Below are positions 1 through 11,900 of a stretch of DNA of 64,000 nucleotides, piece by piece. A program made the position numbers and the translations under genes. Below the pieces are notes generated by a model. That model made no database searches. It saw nothing but the letters and a program-made list of their open reading frames with translations, and was not told the DNA's origin. Source of the stretch: an uncultured Actinomycetota bacterium (lineage in GTDB: Bacteria; Actinomycetota; Actinomycetes; Prado026). The stretch covers positions 475,729 to 539,728 of the forward strand of contig CAVQCJ010000002.1 in the NCBI GenBank assembly GCA_963711005.1. Direction: 5' to 3'. Position 1 is the first letter of the stretch, and each line of letters starts with the position of its first letter.

Positions 1-502
1 GCTCGGTGTACCAGGCCGGCAGGACCTGCGCGGTCTGCTTCGGGAGGGTCTGCGGCTGGGCCGGATGATCCGGCTGCAGCACGACGTACGCCGTCTCGCC
101 GGGGAGCACGAAGTGCAGCCGCTCGCGAGCCTGCGCCTGGACGTACGCCGGGTCGGCCCACCGCTTCTTCTGCGCCTCGAGGACGTCGACCCTGGCCTGG
201 GTCGCCGCCGACTGGGCGCGCAGCCTGGCCAGCTCGCCGTGCTGGCGCAGGTACTCCTTGACCGGCCACGTGTACGCGACCGCAAGCATCGCGAGCACGA
301 CGAACAGCGCGGTGGCGCGTCCGGTGAGCCGCCGCCCGCGGACCCGACCCGGTGGGACCAGCGTCGGCGTCGCGTCCGTCCCGCCGGAGGCGGGAGCGCG
401 CGGGACCCGGACCGGCCGGGTGCGCCCGGGCGCGCGGCCCGCGGCGGGACGCGGACCGGACCCGGCACGGGCGGCCGCCCGAGCACGTCGGGGCGCCGTC
501 AT
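1..502 (-). CDS. septum formation initiator (FtsB/DivIC-like); the C-terminal end runs off the left edge
   Basis: ATG at 502 (plus-strand cat 500-502) opens a frame not listed in the track because it has no in-window stop. It reads MTAPRRARAAARAG...RRLTGRATALFVVLAMLAVAYTWPVKEYLRQHGELARLRAQSAATQARVDVLEAQKKRW. That is an Arg-rich N-terminus, one TM helix and a coiled-coil. The position just downstream of eno is the conserved actinobacterial position. Confidence 0.55.
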   Translation of the reverse strand, partial: MTAPRRARAAARAGSGPRPAAGRAPGRTRPVRVPRAPASGGTDATPTLVPPGRVRGRRLTGRATALFVVLAMLAVAYTWPVKEYLRQHGELARLRAQSAATQARVDVLEAQKKRWADPAYVQAQARERLHFVLPGETAYVVLQPDHPAQPQTLPKQTAQVLPAWYTE

Positions 503-554
503 CGCGACCTGAGGGACGGCTGGGGCTGGTGGGGCGGGAGCACCGGTCCAGCAT

Positions 555-1898
<1,344 letters not shown>

Positions 1899-1912
1899 CT
1901 ACCGGCGGCGCT

Positions 1913-3613
1913 CTAGAGCCCCAGCAGCGTGCGCAGGTGCCTGGGCGGCGGGGAGCCGTGCGCCAGCAGCTCGTCGTGACGGGCGAGCACCGAGCGCTCG
2001 GCCCGGTCAGCCGCCAGCCGGCGGGACAGCTCGGAGACCTCGCTGTACCCGACGTAGTACGTGGACAGCTGGGCGCTGGTGAGCAGGGCCCGGCGCCACT
2101 TGCCGGCCGCCTCGCCCAGCTCCTGGTGCCCGCGCCCGGTCATCAGGGCCAACGCCTCGCCCTCGGTCATCCCGTGCGCGTGCACCCGGACGTCGAGGAT
2201 CGCGTTGATCGTCGTGCGGAGCTGCATCTTGAGCTGCTGGAGCGCCACGGCGCGGCCGCCGTACCCGGCCCGCACCATGAGCTCCTCGGCGTAGACGGCC
2301 CAGCCCTCGACGAACGGCCCGCTGTACAGCGCGGCGCGCACCGGCGTCGGCCCGCCGGCGGTCGCGGCTGCCGCGGTCCGCGCCGAGCGGCTGGCGTGCG
2401 CCAGCTGCAGGACGTGCCCCGGCATGGCCTCGTGCACCGTGAGGTTGCGCAGCTGGTGCACGTTGTACTCCCGGTAGAACGAGCGCACCCGGTCGGCGCT
2501 CCAGTCGGCCGGCGCCGGCGAGACGGCGAAGTACGTAGGCAGGTCGGCCGGCTCGAGCGGGCCCGGTGCATCGCAGTACGCCACCGCCACCCCGCGGTGG
2601 ATCTCCGGCATCTCGATGATCCGCACCCGCTCGTCCCAACGCTCGGGCACGGTGACCAGACCGTTCGCCCGGACGAACTCGGTGCTCTCCTCGAGCGCCT
2701 CGGCGCACCGGCCGAGCACGGTCGAGTCGTCAACGAAGCCGGACTCGGCGTACTCGTCCAGGACCTCGCGGGGGTCGCGGCCCTCGACCAGGTCGGCGAT
2801 CTCGGTCTCGACCCGTAGCAGGTCGCTCTCGGCCCTGACCAGCACCGAGTCCGGCGGCGTCTCGGTGTCCAGGGTGTGCCACAGCTTGGCCGCGTAGAGC
2901 TCGGGGCCGAGCCGGGGGTCGCGGTCGGTGTCGACCGGCCCGCCGACGGTCAGCGCCGCCTCCAGCCAGGTCAGGTGGTCGTCGAGCGCCTCCAGCGCCG
3001 CCACCCTGGCCGGTCCCACCTCGGCGCGCAGGGCCGGCTCCTTCTGCAGTGCGTCGGCCACCTCGTGCTCGACCAGCGCGCGGGTACCGCGGAACTGGCC
3101 GATGGCGGTCTCGACGTGCACGCGCGGCATCGTGCCCAGCGCGGCCCGCGCGACCGCGAGCGAGGCCGGGACCGCGGCCAGCCGGCCGGCCAGCGAGCGC
3201 AACCGGTCGCCGAGGGGGGCGAAGTCCCTGGCCAGCAACAGGTACAGCGCGGTGCCCGGGTTGGACGCGAGCGGGTCCCAGGTCGACGGGCGCAGGTCGT
3301 CGAGGTCGAACAGGCGGGCCGACAGGGCCGACCGCAGCATCTCGTGGTCGACCCGGTGGTCCGCCGACAGGAGGGGGTCGTCGACGGCGTCCACCGCGCC
3401 CAGCCATCCGGTGAGCACCCGCCGGGCCTCGTCCTGACCCTCGGGGCTGCGGTCGGGCAGCCGGTCGTCGTAGCGGTGCTCGCCCAGGCCGGTGGCCGAC
3501 ACGGGGTCCAGCGCGAGCAGGTCGTCGAGGGCGTCCCTGGCGATCCGGGCGAACCCGGCGGTCACCGCGTCGGCGTCACCGATGGGTTCGGACGGTCCTG
3601 TGCTCACCCGCAC
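1913..3613 (-). CDS. DUF885 family protein (putative metallopeptidase-like)
   Basis: Long ORF with a DUF885-type HEAMPGHxLQ motif (TVHEAMPGHVLQLAH). The start is trimmed to GTG 3613 (alternative 3607), just after the mazG stop at 3618. The track start at 3655 would overlap mazG by 38 nt. Confidence 0.72.
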   Translation of the reverse strand: MRVSTGPSEPIGDADAVTAGFARIARDALDDLLALDPVSATGLGEHRYDDRLPDRSPEGQDEARRVLTGWLGAVDAVDDPLLSADHRVDHEMLRSALSARLFDLDDLRPSTWDPLASNPGTALYLLLARDFAPLGDRLRSLAGRLAAVPASLAVARAALGTMPRVHVETAIGQFRGTRALVEHEVADALQKEPALRAEVGPARVAALEALDDHLTWLEAALTVGGPVDTDRDPRLGPELYAAKLWHTLDTETPPDSVLVRAESDLLRVETEIADLVEGRDPREVLDEYAESGFVDDSTVLGRCAEALEESTEFVRANGLVTVPERWDERVRIIEMPEIHRGVAVAYCDAPGPLEPADLPTYFAVSPAPADWSADRVRSFYREYNVHQLRNLTVHEAMPGHVLQLAHASRSARTAAAATAGGPTPVRAALYSGPFVEGWAVYAEELMVRAGYGGRAVALQQLKMQLRTTINAILDVRVHAHGMTEGEALALMTGRGHQELGEAAGKWRRALLTSAQLSTYYVGYSEVSELSRRLAADRAERSVLARHDELLAHGSPPPRHLRTLLGL

Positions 3614-3617
3614 GACG

Positions 3618-4658
3618 CTACCGCTGCCGGGCTGCTGCCTCCTGCTCGGCGACACGGACCCGGCGGGCGTACGCGCGCGCGGCTGCGCGCAGCGCCGCCT
3701 CCGCGTCGACCCCGGCGGCCGACGCGCGCGCGACGATGGCCAGCAGGAGCACGCCGACCTCGTCCTGGGTCGGCGTGTCCGGCAGGGCGACCGCAGGCCC
3801 GACGGTCGGTACGGGCACCGCCACGCCGGCCCGCTCGGCCCGACCCAGCAGCTTGGCGGCCAGCGCCAGCGCAGGCTGGTCCAGCGGCACGCCGTCGACC
3901 GCTGACGTACGACCCTTCTCGACGCGTTTGAGCTCGTCCCAGCGCGTGTCGACCTGCTCGGCCGTCGCGGCGGCCGGGCCGTCGGCCGGCGCGAAGACGT
4001 GCGGGTGCCGGGCGATCAGCTTGTCCACGATGCCGGCGGCGACGTCGTCGACGGACCAGGGGGTCTGCGGGTGCTCCTCGCCGAGCCGGGCGTGGAACAC
4101 CACCTGGAGCAGCAGGTCGCCGAGCTCCTCGCGCAGCCCGTCGAGGTCGTCGGTCTCCACCGCCTCGACGGTCTCGTAGGCCTCCTCGAGCAGGTACTGG
4201 AGCAACGACCGGTGCGTCTGGGCCGCGTCCCACGGGCAGCCGCCGGGCGAACGCAGCCGGTCCATCACCGCCACCAGGTCGAGCAGGCGGGCGCCCGGCA
4301 GGTCCCAGGAGCCGGCGACCAGCTCGACCTCGGGCGGCTCGGGCCGTCCCGCGGCGTCGCCGGCCTCGACCAGCCGGACCGCCAGCGCGTCCGTCAGACC
4401 CGCGTCCCCGTCCGGGCCCAGCAGCCAGACGACGGCCGCCGCCTCCGCCCGGCGCAGCAGGAACCCGGCCCGGGCCGGCCCGTCCGGCGCGTCCTCGGGC
4501 ACCCGAAGCACGAGCCCGGCCACGTCCAGGGCCGCGGCCAGCGGGTGCTCGGCCGAGGCCGCGTACACCTCGTCCGCGCCGGTCAACGCCGACCAGCCCG
4601 CGAAGGACAGCAGCCCCGGGGCGACCCGGTGCGTGGTGGACAGCAGGACGAGCGGCAC
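3618..4658 (-). CDS. mazG: nucleoside triphosphate pyrophosphohydrolase MazG with an N-terminal methylase-like domain
   Basis: 346 aa. MazG core CPWDAAQTHRSLLQYLLEEAYETVEA...ELGDLLLQVVFHARL. Conserved position between mfd and eno. Confidence 0.9.
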   Translation of the reverse strand: MPLVLLSTTHRVAPGLLSFAGWSALTGADEVYAASAEHPLAAALDVAGLVLRVPEDAPDGPARAGFLLRRAEAAAVVWLLGPDGDAGLTDALAVRLVEAGDAAGRPEPPEVELVAGSWDLPGARLLDLVAVMDRLRSPGGCPWDAAQTHRSLLQYLLEEAYETVEAVETDDLDGLREELGDLLLQVVFHARLGEEHPQTPWSVDDVAAGIVDKLIARHPHVFAPADGPAAATAEQVDTRWDELKRVEKGRTSAVDGVPLDQPALALAAKLLGRAERAGVAVPVPTVGPAVALPDTPTQDEVGVLLLAIVARASAAGVDAEAALRAAARAYARRVRVAEQEAAARQR

Positions 4659-4666
4659 CGCGGAGG

Positions 4667-5347
4667 TCAGCCGGCGGGCGACGCGCTCGGCGACGGTGCC
4701 GGGGTGCTCCCGCCGGCTGGGACCGACAGGTCGTCGGCCAGCGCACCGATCTGCAGGGTCTTCGGGTCGAAGACGCCGTACCGCGGGCTCACCGCGACAC
4801 CCACGTCGCCGGCCAGCTTGGTGATGTAGTCGTTGACGGCCTGGGTCTGCTCGTCGGCGGTCTTGCCCGGGGCCAGCCGCGGGCCGAGCTGCTGCTGGGT
4901 CAGGAACTCGCGGGCCAGCGCGTCCAGCTCACCGGGCGGCAGCCACAGGTTCTGCTGCGCGGCGAGCTGCTTGTGCAGCGTGGCGCGACCGCCCGAAGTG
5001 GCGATCAGGGCGTCGACCTGGCCCTGGGTGACCTGGATGCCCTGCCGCTGGCCGGCGATGGCCACCAGCCGCGCGTCGACCTGGAACTCCACCTGGGCCT
5101 TGAGCAGTGCGTCCGTGGACGGGACCTGGGCGCCGTCCTTGTTCAGCTGGGCGATCACGGCCTTGGCGTCCGCGTCGACCTGGCTCTCGGTCACCCGGGT
5201 CTTGGCCACGACGGCGGCCGAGCCGGCCTGCAGCGGGTCGCAGCCGGTGAGGGCGAGCACGCCGACGGCGGCGACCGGCACGAGGGCCAGCAGGCGCCTG
5301 CGGGCGCGGGAGCGGTTCACGTCGTCCAGTCCTTCCGGTTCGGTCAC
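4667..5347 (-). CDS. secreted lipoprotein, SurA N-terminal-domain-like
   Basis: 226 aa. Signal peptide plus lipobox (LVPVAAVGVLALTGC). Located between mfd and mazG, where actinobacteria usually carry a lipoprotein gene. Confidence 0.55.
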   Translation of the reverse strand: MTEPEGLDDVNRSRARRRLLALVPVAAVGVLALTGCDPLQAGSAAVVAKTRVTESQVDADAKAVIAQLNKDGAQVPSTDALLKAQVEFQVDARLVAIAGQRQGIQVTQGQVDALIATSGGRATLHKQLAAQQNLWLPPGELDALAREFLTQQQLGPRLAPGKTADEQTQAVNDYITKLAGDVGVAVSPRYGVFDPKTLQIGALADDLSVPAGGSTPAPSPSASPAG

Positions 5348-5372
5348 AGCCCGTTCGGTAGAGCCCGGTTGA

Positions 5373-8300
5373 TCACAGCATCGCGTCGACGACGCCCCGG
5401 CACCAGGCCAACAGCTCCAGGTCGCGCAGCGGCTGGCCCCCCACTCGGGCGGTGGTCGGGCGGGGCACCAGCATGGTACGGACAGCGGGCTTGACCACGG
5501 TTCTCGGGTACAGCCGCTGCAGCCGGAGCGTCGCCGACTCGGGGAGTTGGACGGGCGCGAACCGCACCGAGTTCCCTTGCAGGGTGACCTCGGTGATCCC
5601 CGCCTTGCGGGCGTGCGCCCGGAAGGTGGCGACCGCCAGCAGGTTCTCGACCGGGGTCGGCAGCGGGCCGTAGCGGTCGGCGAGCTCCTCGCGAACCGCC
5701 TGGACGGCCGCGTCGTCGGTGGCCTCCGCGATCCGCCGGTACGCCTCCAGCCGCAGCCGCTCGGCCGGCACGTACGCGTGCGGCAGGTGCGCGTCGACGG
5801 GGAGCTCGACGCGGATGTCCGGGGTCGTCTCGACCGGCGCGCCGGTCTTGAACTCCTCCACCGCCTCGCCGACCAGGCGGACGTACAGGTCGAAGCCGAC
5901 GGCGGCGATGTGCCCGGACTGCTCGCCGCCGAGCAGGTTCCCGGCGCCGCGGATCTCCAGGTCCTTCAATGCCACCTGCATGCCGGCGCCGAGGTCGGTG
6001 TTGGCGGCGATCGTGGCCAACCGGTCGTGCGCGGTCTCGGTCAGCGGCTTCTCCGGCGGGTACAGGAAGTACGCGTACGCCCGCTCGCGGCCGCGACCCA
6101 CCCGCCCGCGCAGCTGGTGCAGCTGGGAGAGCCCGAGCGCGTCGGCCCGCTCGACGATCAGGGTGTTGGCGTTGGCGATGTCGAGGCCGGACTCGACGAT
6201 CGTCGTGCACACCAGCACGTCGAAGGACTTCTCCCAGAAGTCGACGATGACCTGCTCCAGAGCCGTCTCGTTCATCTGGCCGTGCGCGGTGGCGATGCGC
6301 GCGTCCGGGACCAGCTCGCGGAGCCTGGCTGCGGCGCGGTCGATCGACTCGACCCGGTTGTGGACGTAGAACACCTGGCCCTCGCGCAGCAGCTCGCGGC
6401 GCACGGCCGCGGCGATCTGCTTCTCGTCGTACGCCCCGACGAACGTCAGCACCGGGTGCCGCTCCTCCGGCGGGGTCTGCATCACCGACATCTCCCGGAT
6501 GCCGGTGACTGCCATCTCCAGCGTCCGTGGGATCGGCGTGGCCGACATCGCCAGCACGTCCACCGCCGTGCGCAGCCGCTTCAGGTGCTCCTTGTGCTCG
6601 ACGCCGAACCGCTGCTCCTCGTCGACGACGACCAGCCCGAGGTCCTTGAACCGCACGTCGGCGGTCAGCAGCCGGTGCGTCCCGATGACGATGTCCACGC
6701 TGCCGGCGGCGAGCCCGGCCAGCACGGCGTCGGCCTCGCTGTCGGTCTGGAACCGCGACAGCGGCTGCACGACGACGGGGAAGTTCGCGTAGCGCTCGGA
6801 GAACGTCGACTGGTGCTGCTGGACCAGCAGCGTCGTGGGCACCATCACGGCCACCTGCTTGCCGTCCTGGACCGCCTTGAAGGCCGCGCGCACCGCGATC
6901 TCGGTCTTGCCGTACCCCACGTCGCCGCAGACCAGCCGGTCCATCGGGACCGGCAGCTCCATGTCCGCCTTGACGTCCACGATCGCCGCGAGCTGGTCCG
7001 GCGTCTCCACGTAGGGGAAGGCGTCCTCGAGCTCGTGCTGCCACGGAGTGTCCGGGCCGAACGCGTACCCGGGCGAGGCCAGCCGGGCGCTGTAGAGCCT
7101 GATCAGCTCGGCCGCGATCTCGCGCACCGCCTTGCGAGCCCGGCCCTTGGCCTTGGCCCAGTCCGAGCCGCCGAGGCGGTGCAGCGAGGGCGCCTCGCCG
7201 CCGACGTAGCGGGTGACCTGGTCGAGCTGGTCGCTGGGCACGTACAGGCGGTCGGCGGGCTGGCCGCGCTTGGAGGCGGCGTACTCGATGACGAGGTACT
7301 CGCGGGTGGCTCCGGCGACGGTGCGCTGCATCATCTCGACGTACCGCCCGACCCCGTGCTGCTCGTGCACGACGTAGTCGCCGGCGCGCAGCTGCAGGGG
7401 GTCGACGACGTGCCGCCGCTTGCTGGGCATGCGGCGCATGTCCTTGGTGGACGCGCGCTGACCGACCAGGTCGGACTCGGTGAGCAGCACCAGCCCGAGC
7501 TCGGCGTGCACGAACCCGTGCTCGATCGAGGCCCGGGTGACGTGCACGACGGCGGGGTCGGGCTCGACGTCCAGGGCCGCGTCCAGGCGGGCTGCCAGGC
7601 CGGCCTCGCGCAGCCGCTCGTGCAGCCGCTCGGCCGGCCCGTGACCCTCGGTCACCACGACGACGCGCCAGCCCGCTCGCAGCCACTCGCGCACGTCGTC
7701 CATCGCCCGGCCGGTGTCGCCGCGGTACGCCTCGGCGGCAGTCGCCTGCACGACGAGGGTGTCGGCGCCGGCGTCGAGCTCGACGTCCGGGGCGAACGGG
7801 GTCACGCTCCACCAGGCGACGCCACCGCGGCGAGCGTGGTCGCGGACGTCCGCCAGGCTCTGGTACGCGGCCGACCCGAGGTCCAGCGGCGTGGCCCCGC
7901 CGGCCGCAGCGGCCGCCCACGACGCGGCGAGGAACTCCTCGCCGGTCGCGAAGAGGTCGTGCGCGCGGGTGCGCACCCGCTCGGGGTCGCAGAGCACCAC
8001 ATGGGTGCCGGCGGGCAGCAGGTCCGGGAGGAGCTCCATCCGCTCGACCAGGACCGGGGCGAGCGACTCCATGCCGTCCACCGCGATGCCCTCGGCGAGC
8101 TTGTCGAACACGTCCGCCAGCCCGGGGTGCTCGACGGCCAGCCCGGCCGCCCGCGCCCGCACCGTGTCGTCGAGCAGCAGCTCCCGGCACGGCGGCGCCC
8201 ACAGTCCGCGCTCGGCGATCTCCAGGCTGCGCTGGTCGGCGACCGCGAACCAGCGCACCTCCTCGACCGTGTCGCCCCAGAACTCCACCCGCACCGGGTG

Positions 8301-8915
8301 CTCCTCGGTCGGCGCGAACACGTCGAGGATCCCGCCGCGCACGGCGAACTCCCCGCGCCGCTCGACCATCTCGACCCGGGTGTAGGCGGCGGCCGCCAGC
8401 CGGCGTACGGCGTCCTCCAGCGCGATGTCGTCGCCGGCGGAAAGCGCGACCGGCTCGAGGTCGCCGAGGCCGGCCACCAGCGGCTGCAGCAGGCTGCGGA
8501 CGGGGGCGACGACCACCGACAGCGGCCCGTCGCCGCCAGGGTCGCCGGGGTGGGCGAGCCGGCGGAGGACGGACAGCCGGCGGCCGACCGTGTCCGAGCG
8601 CGGCGAGAGCCGCTCGTGCGGCAGCGTCTCCCAGGCGGGGAACGCCGCGATCGCGTCAGGCGGCAGCAGGCAGCCGAGCGCCTCGACGAGATCGTCCGCC
8701 TCGCGCCCGGTGGCGGTCACCGCGAGGACCGGGCGGCCGGCGCCGTCCGGCCCGGTCGAGGCCAGCGCGGCGACCAGGAACGGGCGCAACGGGGCCGGCG
8801 CGGAGAGGTCGAGCACCGGACGGTCGCCCGCCCGGGCGGCCCGGACGGCCTCGGCCACCGCCTTGTCGGCGGCGAGCGGGGCGAGCAGACCGGCGAGGCT
8901 CATGGGATGAGCCAA
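5373..8915 (-). CDS. mfd: transcription-repair coupling factor
   Basis: 1180 aa. CarD-like [16 protein letters not shown]2 helicase motifs GDVGYGKTE and DEEQRFGV. C-terminal TRCF domain. Confidence 0.97.
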   Translation of the reverse strand: MAHPMSLAGLLAPLAADKAVAEAVRAARAGDRPVLDLSAPAPLRPFLVAALASTGPDGAGRPVLAVTATGREADDLVEALGCLLPPDAIAAFPAWETLPHERLSPRSDTVGRRLSVLRRLAHPGDPGGDGPLSVVVAPVRSLLQPLVAGLGDLEPVALSAGDDIALEDAVRRLAAAAYTRVEMVERRGEFAVRGGILDVFAPTEEHPVRVEFWGDTVEEVRWFAVADQRSLEIAERGLWAPPCRELLLDDTVRARAAGLAVEHPGLADVFDKLAEGIAVDGMESLAPVLVERMELLPDLLPAGTHVVLCDPERVRTRAHDLFATGEEFLAASWAAAAAGGATPLDLGSAAYQSLADVRDHARRGGVAWWSVTPFAPDVELDAGADTLVVQATAAEAYRGDTGRAMDDVREWLRAGWRVVVVTEGHGPAERLHERLREAGLAARLDAALDVEPDPAVVHVTRASIEHGFVHAELGLVLLTESDLVGQRASTKDMRRMPSKRRHVVDPLQLRAGDYVVHEQHGVGRYVEMMQRTVAGATREYLVIEYAASKRGQPADRLYVPSDQLDQVTRYVGGEAPSLHRLGGSDWAKAKGRARKAVREIAAELIRLYSARLASPGYAFGPDTPWQHELEDAFPYVETPDQLAAIVDVKADMELPVPMDRLVCGDVGYGKTEIAVRAAFKAVQDGKQVAVMVPTTLLVQQHQSTFSERYANFPVVVQPLSRFQTDSEADAVLAGLAAGSVDIVIGTHRLLTADVRFKDLGLVVVDEEQRFGVEHKEHLKRLRTAVDVLAMSATPIPRTLEMAVTGIREMSVMQTPPEERHPVLTFVGAYDEKQIAAAVRRELLREGQVFYVHNRVESIDRAAARLRELVPDARIATAHGQMNETALEQVIVDFWEKSFDVLVCTTIVESGLDIANANTLIVERADALGLSQLHQLRGRVGRGRERAYAYFLYPPEKPLTETAHDRLATIAANTDLGAGMQVALKDLEIRGAGNLLGGEQSGHIAAVGFDLYVRLVGEAVEEFKTGAPVETTPDIRVELPVDAHLPHAYVPAERLRLEAYRRIAEATDDAAVQAVREELADRYGPLPTPVENLLAVATFRAHARKAGITEVTLQGNSVRFAPVQLPESATLRLQRLYPRTVVKPAVRTMLVPRPTTARVGGQPLRDLELLAWCRGVVDAML

Positions 8916-8951
8916 TCTACCCCGCGACGCCCCCCACGAGAGGGGGAGCGG

Positions 8952-11900
8952 TCAGGGGGCGACGTGCAGGACGACCGTCCACATGGTGGCCTTGGCGCTC
9001 GAGGAGTCGGCGGTCGCGGTGAGCCCGGCGACCGGGCCGGTCGGCACCACGGCGTTGGTGTCGGTGAGCAGGGACGTCACCCGGCCGCTCGACGTACCGA
9101 CGGACAGTGAGCGCTGGGTCTGCCCGGCCGGGACCGTCCAGGTCGTCGTCGCCGACGACTTGTCCGCCCAGTACGACAGCACCCACGAGCCGGCCGACCC
9201 GACGGTCGCGCCCGGCGTCGTGTGCCCGGCCCGCGCGGTGGTCTCCCCCGCGGAGGCGAACGACGCGATCGGCGTGGTCGGGTCGACGCCCGAGTACGCG
9301 GCGATCACCAGGTCGACCTTGTTGACGGCCGCGTACGTCAGCGACAGCTGGGTCCCGGCGTCCGCGCCGGTGGCGACCTTCTCGTAGAGGCGGGTCCGGA
9401 TGTCCGGGGCCCCCGAGGTCCGCTCGCCGACCAGGGTCCAGCCGGCCGGGTCGACGGTCGGCGCGGTGCCGTTGTTCGACGAGGCGAACAGCAGCATCAC
9501 GTCGCCGGACTGGACCGCGGCCGGCACGGTGATCTTCTGGACGGCCGAGTTGGCCTGCGCCGACGCCGTCGCACGGAACGCGATGTGCGAGGACGCCAGC
9601 GGCGCGACCGTGAGGTTGACGGTCTTCGTGGTCGGGGCGCCGTCGTCGTCGGTCACCGTCAACGCCACCGTGTACGTGCCCTGGGTGGCGAAGGTGTGGC
9701 TGGTCGAGGCGGTCGACGCCGTGCCGGTGTCGCCGAAGCTCCAGGCGTAGGACACGACCGTGCCGTCCGGGTCCGAAGAGGTGCTGCCGTCGAACGTGCA
9801 CGACAGGCCGGTGCAGCTGCTGGTGAACGCGGCCACCGGCGGCTGGTTCGGCGGCGGCGGCGCGCCGTTCGGGGCGAGCACGAGCGTCCACATCGTCGCC
9901 TTGGCGCTCGCGGAGTCCGCGGTCGCGGTCACCCCGGCCGAAGCACCCGGGGCGACGCCCGCGTTGGTGTCGGCCAGCGCCGAGGTCAGGTGGCCGCTGC
10001 CGGTGCCGGCCGACTGGCCGCGCACGGTCAGCGTGCCGGGCACGGTCCACGTCGTGGTCGCCGTGGACTTGTCGGTCCAGTACGACAGCACCCAGGACCC
10101 GTTGACGGGCGCGCTCGCGCCCGGCGTCGCGTGACCGGTGCGCGAGGTCGTCTCGCCGGCCGACGCGAACACCGCGACCGGGTTCGCCGGGTCGACGCCG
10201 GTGTAGGCACCCAGCTGCAGGTCGACCTTGTTCGACGCCGCGTACGTCACGGTGACCGTCGAGCCGGCGTCGGTGCCGGTCGCGACCTTGTCGTACAGGC
10301 GGGTGCGCAGGTCCGGCGAGCCGGAGGTCCGCTCGCCGAGGAAGGTCCACCCGGCCGGGTCGGCACTGACCGCGTTGTTCGAGTTCGACGTCGCGAACAG
10401 CACCATCACGTCGCCGGTCTGGACCGCCGCGGGCACGGTGACCTTGGCCGCGGCCGCGCTCACCGAGGCCTTGGCGCCGCCGCGGAAGCCGATCGCCGCC
10501 GGCGCGCTGTCCACGACCTGGACCTGCAGCGTCGTCGAGCCGGTCGCCGACGCGCTGTCGGTGACCGTCAGCTGGACCGGGAACGTCCCGCCCGCCGCGA
10601 ACGTGTGCGTTGTGGTGCTGCCGGTCGCCGTCTGCCCGTCACCGAAGTTCCAGGCGTAGCCCGTGACGGTCCCGTCCGGGTCGAACGACGTGCTCGCGTC
10701 GAACGAGCAGGACAGCGCCGTGCACACCGGGCTGAAAGCGGCCACCGGCGGCAGGTTCGGCGGCGAGGCCGGACTGACCTGGACCGTCGAGGTCGCGGTC
10801 GCGCCGCGGTTGTCGGTCACGGTGAGCGTGGCCGTGTACGTCCCACCGGTGGTGTACGGGTGGCTCATGGTCGCCGCGGCACCGTGCTGGCTGCCGTCGC
10901 CGAACGTCCAGTCGTAGGTCGCGATGTTGCCGTCCGGGTCGACCGAGGTGGAGCCGTCGAACGTGCACACGTTCACCGAGCAGGACGCCGTCGCCGTCGC
11001 GGTCGGCGGCACGTTCGGCGACAGTGCCGGGGTGCCGTTCCAGACGAAGTCGCCGCGGGCGCGCCAGTCCATGGCGGAGTTCACCAGCGTGGCCGCGCCG
11101 GCGACGGTCCCCTCGGACAGCGTGCCGCCGCCGACCCCGTTCAGCTGGGCCGAGTACAGGTGCCCGTCGGACTTGTCGGCGAAGTACAGGGTCGTGCCGG
11201 AGGCGAACATGCCGGCCACGCGGTTCGGCGACATCGCCGAGCCGTTGACCACGGTGTTCCGGATCGAGCCGACGATCTGGCTCTCCGTGGTGAACCAGCG
11301 CCAGTACAGGTTGTTGTCGTTCGCGAGCGTGTAGTAGATCCGGCCGTTGAGGTACGCGATGCCGGTGATGTTCGGGAGGTCTGCGGTGAAGTTGCTCGCG
11401 AACAGGGTGACGTTCGCGGACGGGCCGAACGTCGTCCCGTCGAAGCTGCGCGCGCGCAAGGTGCTGTCGGCCCAGCCCGAGTACAGGGTGCCGTCGACGA
11501 AGAACGAGCCGCGCGACTGACCCCAGGTCTCGGTCGACGGGATCGTCGAGGGGTTGGTCGGCGTCGCCGAGGTCCCGTTCACGAACTGGCGGCGCACCAC
11601 GTCAGCCCCGACCCCCGGGCCGGGCGTCACGTCGTTGTTGATGATCTCGATGCCGTTGACCAGCGGGTTCTCGACCTGGTGCACGAACGTGAGGTCCACC
11701 GAGCCGTCGCTGGTCCTGGTGAAGGACATCATGTGCGCGACGTTCTGCCCGTAGGTCTTCGCCAGGTCGATGTTCGAGGCCACGGTGCTGCCGTCGATCT
11801 GCACGCTGAAGATGCGCTGGTTCGGGTTCTGGGTGCAGGTGCACCGGTTCGCCATGTACAGCCGAACGGTGACGTGCGTGCCGGCCGGCACCGGGAAGTG

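Noticed and set aside
5547-9110. 1187-aa plus-strand ORF and the 952-aa minus-strand ORF (5344-8202) overlapping mfd
   Set aside because: They are antisense or out-of-frame shadows of mfd. Their Arg/Gly/Pro/Asp-rich low-complexity translations carry no recognisable motifs, and the mfd frame explains the region completely.
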